Shown here: positions 8,107 through 17,170 of the stretch, in pieces
Layout of the letters: each line of letters opens with the position of its first letter
Numbering within the stretch: the stretch's first letter is position 1
DNA from: Chthoniobacteraceae bacterium
GTDB taxonomy: Bacteria > Verrucomicrobiota > Verrucomicrobiia > Chthoniobacterales > Chthoniobacteraceae
Assembly: GCA_040081625.1 (NCBI GenBank)
Contig: JBEBGD010000099.1
Span: 1-20,395, forward strand
DNA length: 20,395 nucleotides
Direction: 5' to 3'
Made by a program: the position numbers and the translations under genes
The notes under the pieces: model-generated
Told to the model about the DNA's origin: nothing
Seen by the model: the letters and a program-made list of their open reading frames with translations, nothing else
Databases searched by the model: none

Positions 8107-10542
8107 GTGAGCGAAATCGTCCTGCCGCTTCTTGCCTCCATCACGCTCGAAAAGCTCACCGACCTCGATGGCGGCGAGCCGCAATTGCCGACGCTCAAGC
8201 TCGGCGACACGATCGTCTGCCAGCTCCGCACCTTCGATTCGAGCACCGGCGAGCGGATCGAAGTCTTCCCGAATGTCCGGTCGCTGCTGGCGTCAATCGG
8301 CAAGGTGATGGCGCCGCCGACCAAGGGCGAGGTGTTGCTCAAGCTCGGCGACGACGGAGAGCCGTTCGGGCCGATCACACTCGCGACGACGGATCTCGAG
8401 TTGAAGTCGATCCTCAATGCGGCCGACCTCGGCTTCGCGTGCGAGGAAGTCGAGACGGAGAACGACAAGGACGGCAAGCTCGTCGCCGGTCTGTGGCTCG
8501 TTCGTTTCGACACGAACGATCCGATCACCGACATCAAGACCGCGTCGAACAAGCTCCGGCCCGAATCATTCGCGCGCTGGCGGCCGTTTCAGATCGGTGA
8601 CGTGTGGTGGCACGAGTTACGGCTGATCCAGGCGCCGCTCGCCTTCAACGAAGACGGCCACGACCGCGTGCTGCCTCCCGCGCCGAGCGTGCGCCGCATC
8701 CGCGAAGGCGGCGCGGTCGATTTCTCCGACCCGCTCAACCCGGTTGCGCTCAACGAAATTCAGGCGCTCGCCGTGCCGGTAATCGGCTTTGCCAATCCGT
8801 TCAATGGCACCTTCGTGCTGCGGTGGCGTGGGCGCGAATCGCGAATCCTCGGCATCCAGGACGGCCCCGAGCAGATCGCCGCGGCGCTCAACGCGATGTG
8901 GCAGGACAACAAGGCCCGGTTCACCGTCTCCACACCGGTCGATAACGAGGCATGGATCGAGTTCATCGGCCCGCTCGGTGGCGCGGCGCAGGATCTGTTC
9001 ACCGTCAGCGTGAAGACCTTCCGGCCGGGACTGCTGACGTTCGCGATGTCGCTCAATCGCGCACAGATGAATGCGGCGTTGCGCAGCGTGGCCGAGATCA
9101 AAGTGCCGCTGGAGATTGAGATCGAAGTTGTCGATGGCGAAGACGGCAATCCCCTGGCGCCCGGCCGAATCCTGACGATCGCGCAACAGGAAGTAACGAT
9201 TGTCCGTGAGCAGATTTGGGAGGAACTCGCCACGATCCGCACGATCGACTTTCTTCGGCCTTCGACGCCGCGCGATTACCGCAGCTTCAACGACTCGCAG
9301 GTCATCGTCGGAAATCAGGCGACCTACATTCAGGCGATCGGCGACGGCGAACACCGCAGCTTTTCGATTCCGCACATGCGCGGCACGGCCAACGGCACCT
9401 TCTCGCTGCGCGAGAACAGCGCAGGCGGCCGCTATCTGCTTCCCGATGAATTCACGCTGCGGCTGAGCACGGACGCGCCGGACCACGAGTTCATCCTCGA
9501 TTTCCCCGAGGAGCTCGATCCTCCCGCGCTCAACGCCTACGTCTTCAACTTCACGGCTGCGGGTCCGGCGAGCGCGTTCATCGCCGGCCTGCACATCGGC
9601 ATCGACCAGGTGGACGGACTCGATGAAATCCTGACCGCGTTCAACGAGCGCGTCAGCACCATCGAGGATGAACTGCCGCACTCCGGCCCACCGGTCGTTG
9701 TCGGCACCACGAGTGGAAGCACCGAACGCACGATCTCGCTGCCGAACGTCGCGGAGGTCTTTCCGGGGAAAGTCACAGCGGACGCCGCCACGAAAGCCAC
9801 GAAGCCCGCGACGCTGCTGCCCGCCGTGCACGTCGAGTCGTATGTCGTGCTCGATCCGGGCGACGAATTGCCCGAGGCGACCGACAGCGCCGGCGAAGTG
9901 CTGCAAAACGACACCGGCGCCGCGATCCGGCTCTCGCTCCCGCGTGGGTGGAAGACCTCCGCGGTGCGCAGCGACTCGGTGCCGGACGGCGGCTTCCTCG
10001 CGAGCGACGGGCGCAATTGGTATCAAGTCATCCACGAGCCGGAGACGAATTCGTATTACCCCGCGCTCGCCGAACGCGTGCTATGCGCGGTGCCGATCAA
10101 CGACAAGCAGCTCCGCCAAGGCGGCAGGCTCACGATGGCCGCGACGCTCAACCTCGCGACGATCAACGCGCAGACGGCTGCGGAATTTGTCCTGGTCGTG
10201 GAAACCGGCACAGTCCCGCAGCAGACAACGCCGGCGCCGACGGGCACGAACCTCGAGGACGTGGTTTGGAACACGGCCGCGCCGCTGCTCGCTCAGCGCA
10301 TCGTCTTCAACTCGGTCGCGGTTGATCACCCATTCGGCGTGGTGCTCGCGCGAAACGATCTCGGCGTCTTCAACGCGAGCTATCAGCTCTACGGCGTCAG
10401 CTACGCGACCGCGAATGTGCCTGCGGCACCGAACTTCGCCCTGCGTGCGCGGCTCATCGAGTTTGACACCGAGAATAGCGCGCCGGCGAAGGGCTTCGTC
10501 TCCGTCGAGTTCAAGGCCGGCACCGTCCGCATCACCGCCTGA
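8107..10542 (+). CDS. Large putative tail/baseplate protein
   Basis: ~811 aa, acidic, beta-rich, strong GC3 bias; start GTG 8107 (or 8098); in tail operon. Confidence 0.75.
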   Translation: MSEIVLPLLASITLEKLTDLDGGEPQLPTLKLGDTIVCQLRTFDSSTGERIEVFPNVRSLLASIGKVMAPPTKGEVLLKLGDDGEPFGPITLATTDLELKSILNAADLGFACEEVETENDKDGKLVAGLWLVRFDTNDPITDIKTASNKLRPESFARWRPFQIGDVWWHELRLIQAPLAFNEDGHDRVLPPAPSVRRIREGGAVDFSDPLNPVALNEIQALAVPVIGFANPFNGTFVLRWRGRESRILGIQDGPEQIAAALNAMWQDNKARFTVSTPVDNEAWIEFIGPLGGAAQDLFTVSVKTFRPGLLTFAMSLNRAQMNAALRSVAEIKVPLEIEIEVVDGEDGNPLAPGRILTIAQQEVTIVREQIWEELATIRTIDFLRPSTPRDYRSFNDSQVIVGNQATYIQAIGDGEHRSFSIPHMRGTANGTFSLRENSAGGRYLLPDEFTLRLSTDAPDHEFILDFPEELDPPALNAYVFNFTAAGPASAFIAGLHIGIDQVDGLDEILTAFNERVSTIEDELPHSGPPVVVGTTSGSTERTISLPNVAEVFPGKVTADAATKATKPATLLPAVHVESYVVLDPGDELPEATDSAGEVLQNDTGAAIRLSLPRGWKTSAVRSDSVPDGGFLASDGRNWYQVIHEPETNSYYPALAERVLCAVPINDKQLRQGGRLTMAATLNLATINAQTAAEFVLVVETGTVPQQTTPAPTGTNLEDVVWNTAAPLLAQRIVFNSVAVDHPFGVVLARNDLGVFNASYQLYGVSYATANVPAAPNFALRARLIEFDTENSAPAKGFVSVEFKAGTVRITA

Positions 10543-10543
10543 T

Positions 10544-11329
10544 ATGCCCATTCCCGTTATTGATCCCACGCGCTCAATCCTCGGCTTTCTCGAGAATCAG
10601 CAGTTCGAGTTTCAGCCCTACGCCACCGGCGATCCGTATTTGTGGACCGCGAGCGGGCTGCCGGATGGACTCGCGCTCAACTCCAGCACCGGACTCATCA
10701 GCGGCTCCGTGGAGATTTCCGGCGTGTGGGAAGCGCAGCTCAACGCGATCAACTATGACGGCACGAGCGCCGATGCGGTCGTGACCATCGGGATTCAGCC
10801 GGGACCGAAGGGCCGCTTCGGCTGCCCGACGCTGCTCGTGGAGACGAACACGGGGGCGGTGTTCATGCCCGGCCCCGAGGGCAAGTGGCAGCCGGTCATC
10901 GACGACAAGGGCAAGGTCACTCCGGCGCTCTGGCTCAAGCGCGGCGACATTCCGCCGATCATCGTCCAGTTCGCCAACGCGGACGCCTACGCGGACCTCG
11001 CCCTGACCTCGCTCAAGCTCACGGTCAAGCATCACGAGACGGAAGCCGTAATCCTGACGGTGGGCGGCCTCGCCAGCGCGAACAAGATGCTGCGCGTGGG
11101 TGCCAGCCGGCCCGATCTCGTGCATTACGTGATGGTCGATCCGATCGTCAGCACGCCGCTCAAAGACGCGCTCGAAGAGGAATCGGACGAGGACGGCACC
11201 TACTTTTACGGACTGGCTGAAATCGAGTGGCGGGTGGCGAACGCCATTGGAATCGGGCCGGCGACGATTGTTCGCACTAGCAATACGTTCGTCGTGGGCT
11301 GCGAGCGGGATCTTAACAATCCCGACTAA
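10544..11329 (+). CDS. Ig-like (He_PIG-type) domain protein with BppU-like baseplate C-terminal domain
   Basis: WTASGLPDGLALNSSTGLISGS is a He_PIG signature; LKRGD...AEIEW...TSNTF.V...RDL resembles BppU N-terminal-type domains; ATG 1 nt after previous stop. Confidence 0.75.
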   Translation: MPIPVIDPTRSILGFLENQQFEFQPYATGDPYLWTASGLPDGLALNSSTGLISGSVEISGVWEAQLNAINYDGTSADAVVTIGIQPGPKGRFGCPTLLVETNTGAVFMPGPEGKWQPVIDDKGKVTPALWLKRGDIPPIIVQFANADAYADLALTSLKLTVKHHETEAVILTVGGLASANKMLRVGASRPDLVHYVMVDPIVSTPLKDALEEESDEDGTYFYGLAEIEWRVANAIGIGPATIVRTSNTFVVGCERDLNNPD

Positions 11330-12042
11330 TGGCGTGGTCGCTGACGTGGTGGCAGGCTGACCAGCTCGCGCGCAAGGGCCGCAAGGTCCGACGCGATCCA
11401 TGGGTGAATCCTATCGGATGGATCACCTACAACACCGGCCTGTTCTTTTACCACGAAGAGCGCAACACCAAGCTGCCGGAAGGCGTCGCTTCGGTCGCGC
11501 CGGCTCGCGGGCGGCACGTCGTTCGCGAGAATGAATTCGGCAAGGACGAGTTCGAGGCGACGGATTGGACCGACGCCTATCCGCTGGCCTACGACGACGA
11601 CGGCGGCGAAGACCCGCCCGGCGATGACGGCGGCGGCACGGGAATCGACCATCCTCCGAATGATGGCGGAAAACCCCCTATCGGCGGCGGAGACGGCGGC
11701 GGCGGCTCTGGAGGCGGCTCTGGCGGCTCTGGCGGCGGCGGTGACGACGACGACGACGATAGCGGCGGAGGCGGCGATGACGATGACGATGATGATGACG
11801 GCGGCGACGATGGCGATGGCGGTGGCGGCGGTGACGACGACCCGCCTCCGCCTCCTCCTCCGCCTCCGAATCCGCCGCCCGGTGGCGGCGGTTCGACCGG
11901 GGGCGGTATCGACGCGCCGAAGTGCTCGCCCGGCTTCTATTGGGACGCGGATCTGGAAACCTGCGTGCCAAGAGGCAGGAAAAAAAGCGCGGGGAGCACT
12001 GGATTCACGAATGCGACCTCGCTGCGAAGCATTGGCGGCTGA
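11329..12042 (+). CDS. DUF2829/Tad2-like domain fused to Gly/Asp-rich and poly-Pro linker and a small Cys motif
   Basis: TAATG overlap; LTWWQADQLARKGRKVRRDPW...EFEATDW; G/D tract, PPPPPPPPPNPPP, CSPGFYWDADLETC. Confidence 0.7.
   Translation: MAWSLTWWQADQLARKGRKVRRDPWVNPIGWITYNTGLFFYHEERNTKLPEGVASVAPARGRHVVRENEFGKDEFEATDWTDAYPLAYDDDGGEDPPGDDGGGTGIDHPPNDGGKPPIGGGDGGGGSGGGSGGSGGGGDDDDDDSGGGGDDDDDDDDGGDDGDGGGGGDDDPPPPPPPPPNPPPGGGGSTGGGIDAPKCSPGFYWDADLETCVPRGRKKSAGSTGFTNATSLRSIGG
11593..11907 (+). repeat. Low-complexity trinucleotide tracts (GGC/GAC/GAT, then CCG/CCT)
   Basis: Directly visible; encodes Gly5/Asp7-9 runs and poly-Pro. Confidence 0.9.
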
Positions 12043-12046
12043 GGCG

Positions 12047-12517
12047 ATGCATAACCCTGCCATCAAGGTGCAGACGATCGACATGGTGGCTTACCTGAAT
12101 GTCAGCGTCACGGTCGTCTTTCGCAACGATTCGGACTCCGCGTTTTCGCTCACGGCTTCATCCGGCGGCAGGCAAGCCTCGATCGGCATGGTGGCGGCGC
12201 GCTCGGGGGAGCGCAACTACTCGGCGACGCTCAGCTTCGAGATTGGCCGGCTGACGCTCTGGCGTCGGCTGGCTGATGCGCGGTGGCCGGATGGCGTCCT
12301 GACATCGGTGTGGGCTCCGATCGGAAACAGCGGCGAATACGAAGGCCGTCAGATTCTCGGCTTCGGCCCGCAGCCAAAGAGCGCCGAGGATAACGCTATC
12401 AAGTCGCTTTTTAGCGGGCTGGACAACACTCCTGCGGCAAAAGCGCCCGTGATGATTACCGCCACCGGCATGGGCGGCAAGGATGCCGGGAGAGTCCTTC
12501 CCTACGAATTGAAATGA
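12047..12517 (+). CDS. Hypothetical virion-associated protein
   Basis: ATG 12047 just after previous stop with GAGG upstream; ATGA coupling to next gene; 156 aa. Confidence 0.6.
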   Translation: MHNPAIKVQTIDMVAYLNVSVTVVFRNDSDSAFSLTASSGGRQASIGMVAARSGERNYSATLSFEIGRLTLWRRLADARWPDGVLTSVWAPIGNSGEYEGRQILGFGPQPKSAEDNAIKSLFSGLDNTPAAKAPVMITATGMGGKDAGRVLPYELK

Positions 12518-13992
12518 AGAACCTGACTTGGTGGCAGGCCGATCAACTCGCCCGCGCCGGAACTCCGGTGCGTCGCGTCGCTTGGGACATCAATCCGATC
12601 CGATGGATCACATATGAGACGGGGCTGTTCTATCTCGAAGAGCAAAAGAATCTACTGCTCGGCGACGAGGAAGTCGTGCCAGTCGAGCCAGCCCCGAAGC
12701 GCGTCGTTCGCGATGATGATTTCGGCTACAATGAATTCCTCGCGCTCGACTGGACCAACGAGCCTCCCATCAATACCGGGCCAGACGCCGCTGTCCCGCC
12801 GTCCTCGATCTTGACCAGTGTTAGCACCGGCCTTTCGGACATCCTCATTGGCGGCGCGATGCTGAAATCCGGTCGCGCCCTTCCGCGTCCGCCAGAGGCG
12901 AAAACGAGCAAGAACCATCCGCGCCTCGGCGAGATTCAGCAGCCCGTCGTGCCGGTCCTCAACTTCACGTCTGCGATCGACGGATTCAGCGAGAACATCG
13001 AGCAGTTCGAGTGGGCGGGCAGCGCGCGGTGGGAGCTGTCGCAGTCCGTCATGTATGTCGATGAGATCCCGCGCGTGTTTTACAACGAGCTCGGGATGGC
13101 GTTCATGGGGAGGATCTGGCTCGTCGGCGCGATTGCGCAGTTCTACACTTCGGCCCGGTATCGCACCAGTCAGACCCGTCCGTTCAAGTGGGTGCCGTGG
13201 CGCGTCGCTACTTCGATCCAACTGACGGGCACGATCATCAAGACGATGGAGGATCTCGTCGTGAACGGTGTGACGGGCATCCCGGTCGCCGAAGAGCTGC
13301 TTTCCGGGTGGGGCATGGTGTCAGGCATCCCGGTCACAGCGGACACGCGCAACCCGCTGCCTGCGGGAGTGATTCGGGTGCCGAACATCAATAACATCAG
13401 CGGACTCAAGATGGATTGGAGCTTCGCCGCCAGCGCCGAGTTGGTGCCCGAACTCGGCGAAGTTGCCATTGAAGGATCGGGCCTCGCGATCACGAATGAG
13501 TCATCGCTTCCGCCGGCCTCGGTCGGGCAGCCCTACTCGCAGACACTCACGGCCACGGGCGGCGTGGAGCCATACACGTGGACGATCGTTTCCGGCGCTC
13601 CGCCGCAAGGCATCACGCTGAGCAGCGCGGGCGTGCTCAGTGGAACGCCGATCGCCGCCATCTCGACAGGATTCACCGTGCGAGTGATCGACTCGGATGG
13701 GAACACCGTGACGAAGATGTTCACGCTCTCGGCAGGCATCCTGATCTCGCCAATTACGCTCCCGTGGGGCAGCGTGAACTTCCCCTACTTCCGCCAGCTC
13801 TCCGCGACCGGAGGCACCACTCCTTACACGTGGGCTATCGCGTCGGGAGCGCTTCCGCCTGGGCTGCATTTGACGAGCGCGGGAGCCATTAGCGGATTCC
13901 CGACCGTCTCGCTCGCTGCCGCATTCGTCGTGCGCGCCACCGATAGCGCCGGGCGGACAGGGACTCGCAATTACACCCTGACCATCTCGTGA
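12514..13992 (+). CDS. DUF2829/Tad2-like domain protein with two C-terminal Ig-like (He_PIG-type) repeats
   Basis: LTWWQADQLARAGTPVRRVAW...EFLALDW; two LP...V..PY...L.ATGG..PYTW.I.SGA.P.G..L.S.G..SG.P repeats at ~13483-13989. Confidence 0.8.
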   Translation: MKNLTWWQADQLARAGTPVRRVAWDINPIRWITYETGLFYLEEQKNLLLGDEEVVPVEPAPKRVVRDDDFGYNEFLALDWTNEPPINTGPDAAVPPSSILTSVSTGLSDILIGGAMLKSGRALPRPPEAKTSKNHPRLGEIQQPVVPVLNFTSAIDGFSENIEQFEWAGSARWELSQSVMYVDEIPRVFYNELGMAFMGRIWLVGAIAQFYTSARYRTSQTRPFKWVPWRVATSIQLTGTIIKTMEDLVVNGVTGIPVAEELLSGWGMVSGIPVTADTRNPLPAGVIRVPNINNISGLKMDWSFAASAELVPELGEVAIEGSGLAITNESSLPPASVGQPYSQTLTATGGVEPYTWTIVSGAPPQGITLSSAGVLSGTPIAAISTGFTVRVIDSDGNTVTKMFTLSAGILISPITLPWGSVNFPYFRQLSATGGTTPYTWAIASGALPPGLHLTSAGAISGFPTVSLAAAFVVRATDSAGRTGTRNYTLTIS

Positions 13993-15506
13993 GCCTGCAA
14001 TCATCCGGCCCATCGGCCGCCATCATCACCTGCCACAACTATGGCCGCTTTCTGCGCCAGTGCCTAGACAGCCTGCTCGCGCAGTCGCTCCCGTTCGATC
14101 ACATCATCGTCGTCGATGACGCCAGCACCGACGACACGGCCGCGATCTGCGCGCAGTATGCGTGGCGCGGCGTGAGGTATATGCGCGGCGAGTGGCGCAA
14201 CTTCACGCAAGCGCGCCGCGCCGGTCTGGCCGCGATCGAGCACAAGGTCGGACGCCTCCGCTTCCTGCTCTTCGTGGACTCCGACAACTGGCTCTCGTCG
14301 AGCTTTCACGCCCAGTGCCGCGAAGCTATGCGCGATCCTCATGTCGGCGTCGCCTACGCGCCGATTCGTTACCACCGCGAGGACGGCACACCGAGCGGCG
14401 AGCCCGATCGCGCAGAGCCGTTCGATTACCGGCGGCTGCGAAATCAGAATTTCGCCGACGCTTGCTCGTTCGTGCGCGCCGAAGCCTACGAGCAAGCGGG
14501 CGGATGGCGCGACGTCGTGGGGCCGACCGATTGGTTGCTCTGGTTGATGATCACGCGGCTCGGCTGGACGATGCAGCTCGCGCCAGCCGCTACGCTCCAC
14601 TACCGGCGCCACAGCGCCAGCATGAGCCAGGACTTCAGCCGCGCACGCTCGGTCACCGAAACCAATGTGCGCGTGATGCGCGAGGGGCACGCCGTCACGA
14701 TCGTCACGCTCTTTTCCGGCCGTGACTGGAATCTCCCGCGCTTCATCGGCTCGCTCGCGGCGCTGGATTGGCCGCGCGAAAATCTGCGCATGGTCGCGAT
14801 CGACAACTCCCGCGACGCGGAGTTCAGCGCGTGGCTGCGCCGCGCTCTGCCGCTCACCGGGATCGCTCACATCGTCATTGAGGACGACCGCGCGATCACG
14901 CCGACGCACAGCGCCGGCGAATTCGCCGACGATCGCGATGCGCGCAGCCGCAACGCCTACGCGCTATCCGCGCATCTCGCGCGCCTCTACGCCCGCGCCC
15001 GCGAAGCAATGCCGGCGGCGACCGATCTGGTCTGGTCCATCGAAGACGACATCGACGTGCCATCCGATGCGCTCGATCAATTCTGCCGCGTGCTGTGGGA
15101 ACATCGCCGCGCTGGTGTGATCTCGGGATGCGTGCAAAACCGTTTCAGCTCGACGCTCATCGCGTGGGCGGGCAACTGGCCCGACTACGAGCGCACGGAA
15201 AAGTGCGCGCCCTTCACCGTCGCACCGCCACCCGGTGCCGTCGCACCACTGCTCAACAGCGGGCTGATGTGCACGCTCTTCCGGCGGGAAGTGTGGGATG
15301 AGATCGCCTTTCGTCCCGCGCCGATGTGGAACGAGCGGCGGCCGTATTACGATTGGGCGATCGGTCGCGAAGTCGCGCGCCTCGGATGGCAATGGCTGCT
15401 CGCCGGTTCCATTCGCTGCGGCCACTGGCAGCGCGACGGCACTTGTCTGCGCGTCGCACCTCCGCACGCGCGCACGCGGTCAAATGACACCGCGCTCGTC
15501 GCATGA
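13989..15506 (+). CDS. Glycosyltransferase family 2 protein with two tandem GT-A domains
   Basis: IITCHNYGRFLRQCLDSLLAQ...IIVVDDAS.D, FVDSD; second domain VAIDNS...WSIEDD...GLMCTLFRREVW; coupled both sides (GTGA, ATGA). Confidence 0.9.
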   Translation: MSLQSSGPSAAIITCHNYGRFLRQCLDSLLAQSLPFDHIIVVDDASTDDTAAICAQYAWRGVRYMRGEWRNFTQARRAGLAAIEHKVGRLRFLLFVDSDNWLSSSFHAQCREAMRDPHVGVAYAPIRYHREDGTPSGEPDRAEPFDYRRLRNQNFADACSFVRAEAYEQAGGWRDVVGPTDWLLWLMITRLGWTMQLAPAATLHYRRHSASMSQDFSRARSVTETNVRVMREGHAVTIVTLFSGRDWNLPRFIGSLAALDWPRENLRMVAIDNSRDAEFSAWLRRALPLTGIAHIVIEDDRAITPTHSAGEFADDRDARSRNAYALSAHLARLYARAREAMPAATDLVWSIEDDIDVPSDALDQFCRVLWEHRRAGVISGCVQNRFSSTLIAWAGNWPDYERTEKCAPFTVAPPPGAVAPLLNSGLMCTLFRREVWDEIAFRPAPMWNERRPYYDWAIGREVARLGWQWLLAGSIRCGHWQRDGTCLRVAPPHARTRSNDTALVA

Positions 15507-16639
15507 GCTTCTTCAAATCCAAACTCTGGCCCTTCCGCAAAGCGAACGTCCTCGAGTTCGAGCAAGTCGCTGCCGAGCCCGACGCACCGGAGCCGAACAC
15601 CACGCTCGTTTATTTGCGCACCGGCAGTCTGCGACAGAAAACGCAGAGCGGCGAATCCACGCTCGGATCTGGCAGCGGTGAACCCGGCGAGGACGGACGC
15701 GAGATCGAGCTGCAAAAGTCTTCGACGCACATCCAATGGCGCTACGTCAGCGATCCGACGTGGACCAATCTCGCAGCACTCACCGACATCACCGGCCCCG
15801 CGGGAACGAACGGCACCGATGGTGATGACGGTCGCGAGGTTGAGCTGCAAAAAACGGCGACACACATTCAGTGGCGCTATGGCGGCGGGGTATGGACGAA
15901 TCTCATCGCGCTGGCAGACATCACCGGCCCAGCGGGCGCGGCCGGTGCCCTTAATCTAATCCGCGCGAGCGCGACCATTCACGGCCACACCGATCCCGGT
16001 TCACCGCCGACGTCGGCTCACATTGTTGTCACGTTCTTCGGCGCCTCCCAAGGCACGCTGCACCTCGTGTCTGGATCGGTCGATCGGACCTATACGTTCG
16101 CTTATGGTGATCCCGCGGATGGCACGGTGTTCATTGACCTGACCTCGCTGCCAGATGGGCCATCGGTTGTCGCGCAGCTCGCCACACAACTCGGCGACAA
16201 CCTCACATCGACGACTGATGGCAACGCCATCCATCTCTACACGGTGGAAACCGGCACCAGCGCGACGCTCGCTGGCGAGCACGGCGGCGACCTGAACGTG
16301 TCCATCGATCCAGCGTCAGACAACGGCGAGAACGAAGTCCCGCCCTCGGGCGCGCTCGACGAGGTGCAGCTCATCGCCGCCGTCACGGGCAAGCGAATCA
16401 AAGTCATTGCGGCCGGCTTCTCCGGCTCACTCGTGCAAGCGGTCGCGCTCTCGAACACGGTCAGCGGCGATGCAACAGGCGGCGTGCTTGGAAACGGCAA
16501 TGGCATCCTTTCGCCCACCGGCGACACGATCGACTCCTACTTTAATGGCGGCGTCGGCGGGGCGCTTAAGCTTCGGATGACTGGCGCCGCGCCGGTCGGC
16601 GGCACTTGCTTCGGCTGGGTCATCGCCGTCCAGGAATGA
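15503..16639 (+). CDS. Putative tail fibre/collagen-like protein
   Basis: G-X-Y triplets (GPAGTNGTDGDDG) around two DGRE(I/V)ELQK..THIQWRY....WTNL.AL.DITGPAG repeats. Confidence 0.7.
   Translation: MSFFKSKLWPFRKANVLEFEQVAAEPDAPEPNTTLVYLRTGSLRQKTQSGESTLGSGSGEPGEDGREIELQKSSTHIQWRYVSDPTWTNLAALTDITGPAGTNGTDGDDGREVELQKTATHIQWRYGGGVWTNLIALADITGPAGAAGALNLIRASATIHGHTDPGSPPTSAHIVVTFFGASQGTLHLVSGSVDRTYTFAYGDPADGTVFIDLTSLPDGPSVVAQLATQLGDNLTSTTDGNAIHLYTVETGTSATLAGEHGGDLNVSIDPASDNGENEVPPSGALDEVQLIAAVTGKRIKVIAAGFSGSLVQAVALSNTVSGDATGGVLGNGNGILSPTGDTIDSYFNGGVGGALKLRMTGAAPVGGTCFGWVIAVQE
15692..15937 (+). repeat. Intragenic duplicated 37-38 aa unit
   Basis: Copies at 15692-15805 and 15827-15937. Confidence 0.9.
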
Positions 16640-16688
16640 AAAAACGCATCGTCACGGACAACATCGCGGAACGAAACGAGCGCGCGAT

Positions 16689-16694
16689 TTGACG
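16689..16694 (+). promoter_or_regulatory. TTGACG motif upstream of holin-like gene
   Basis: 13 nt before ATG 16708. Confidence 0.45.
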
Positions 16695-16707
16695 CGCGCG
16701 CATTCGC

Positions 16708-17085
16708 ATGAAGCTCCGTCTTACCCTCGCCATCCTCCTCGTTGCAGTTCTGCCGAGCATCGCTCTCGGCGCAGTCGGCGTCGCCACCGGCGCGATTCCA
16801 TTTGAGCCCGCGGTCGAATACCTCGCGAACAAGAACATCGCGTATTGGTTTCTTGCGCTCGCGGCCATCGCAATCGCGAGCTGGTCGTTCATCGTCCGCT
16901 GGCTGCTCAATCAGCTCGAAAGCCAGCGCAACGTAAATGCGGACGTGACCAACAAGCTCATCGCCTACATGGAAGGGGACCACGCGAAGATGATCGTCGT
17001 CACCGAGAAGGTGTTGCTCGTGATGGACAAGGTGCTGGAGCGGCTTGATGCGCGAGCCGCTTCTGCACGTAACGCGATCTCGTGA
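16708..17085 (+). CDS. Holin-like membrane protein
   Basis: N-terminal signal/TM segment, second TM, amphipathic tail; end of tail operon; homologous to 20117..20395, which heads a lysis cassette. Confidence 0.6.
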   Translation: MKLRLTLAILLVAVLPSIALGAVGVATGAIPFEPAVEYLANKNIAYWFLALAAIAIASWSFIVRWLLNQLESQRNVNADVTNKLIAYMEGDHAKMIVVTEKVLLVMDKVLERLDARAASARNAIS

Positions 17086-17150
17086 TCGTCGAAATCCGAC
17101 GCAAGTTCGTGTTGGCACGATCTCGATTTGAAAGGTGTGTGGGTGGTCCA

Positions 17151-17156
17151 TTGACA
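17151..17156 (+). promoter_or_regulatory. TTGACA motif upstream of excisionase
   Basis: 14 nt before ATG 17171. Confidence 0.5.
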
Positions 17157-17170
17157 CGGCTTGGACAGCG

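Noticed and set aside
3472..10035. Long antisense ORFs (e.g. 3472..4716, 5144..6031, 8617..10035)
   Set aside because: Expected shadows of high-GC genes; no recognisable motifs
9668..10543. Upstream part of the 553-aa ORF 9668..11329
   Set aside because: Arg/Ser-rich shadow frame overlapping the large tail gene; real start is ATG 10544
11980..11986. A7 run as slippage site fusing 11329..12042 to the next ORF
   Set aside because: Next ORF is in the +1 frame and has its own ATG at 12047 with GAGG; the bridging peptide is unconvincing
11531..12046. Upstream part of the 328-aa ORF 11531..12517
   Set aside because: Poly-Ala/Thr/Met is the shifted reading of the GGC/GAC tract
15692..15937. DGR template/variable repeat pair or invertible fibre segment
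   Set aside because: Both copies are in-frame mid-gene, differences are not adenine-specific, and no reverse transcriptase or invertase is in the window
17113..17127. Sigma54 promoter (TGGCACG) upstream of xis
   Set aside because: No TTGC at the -12 position
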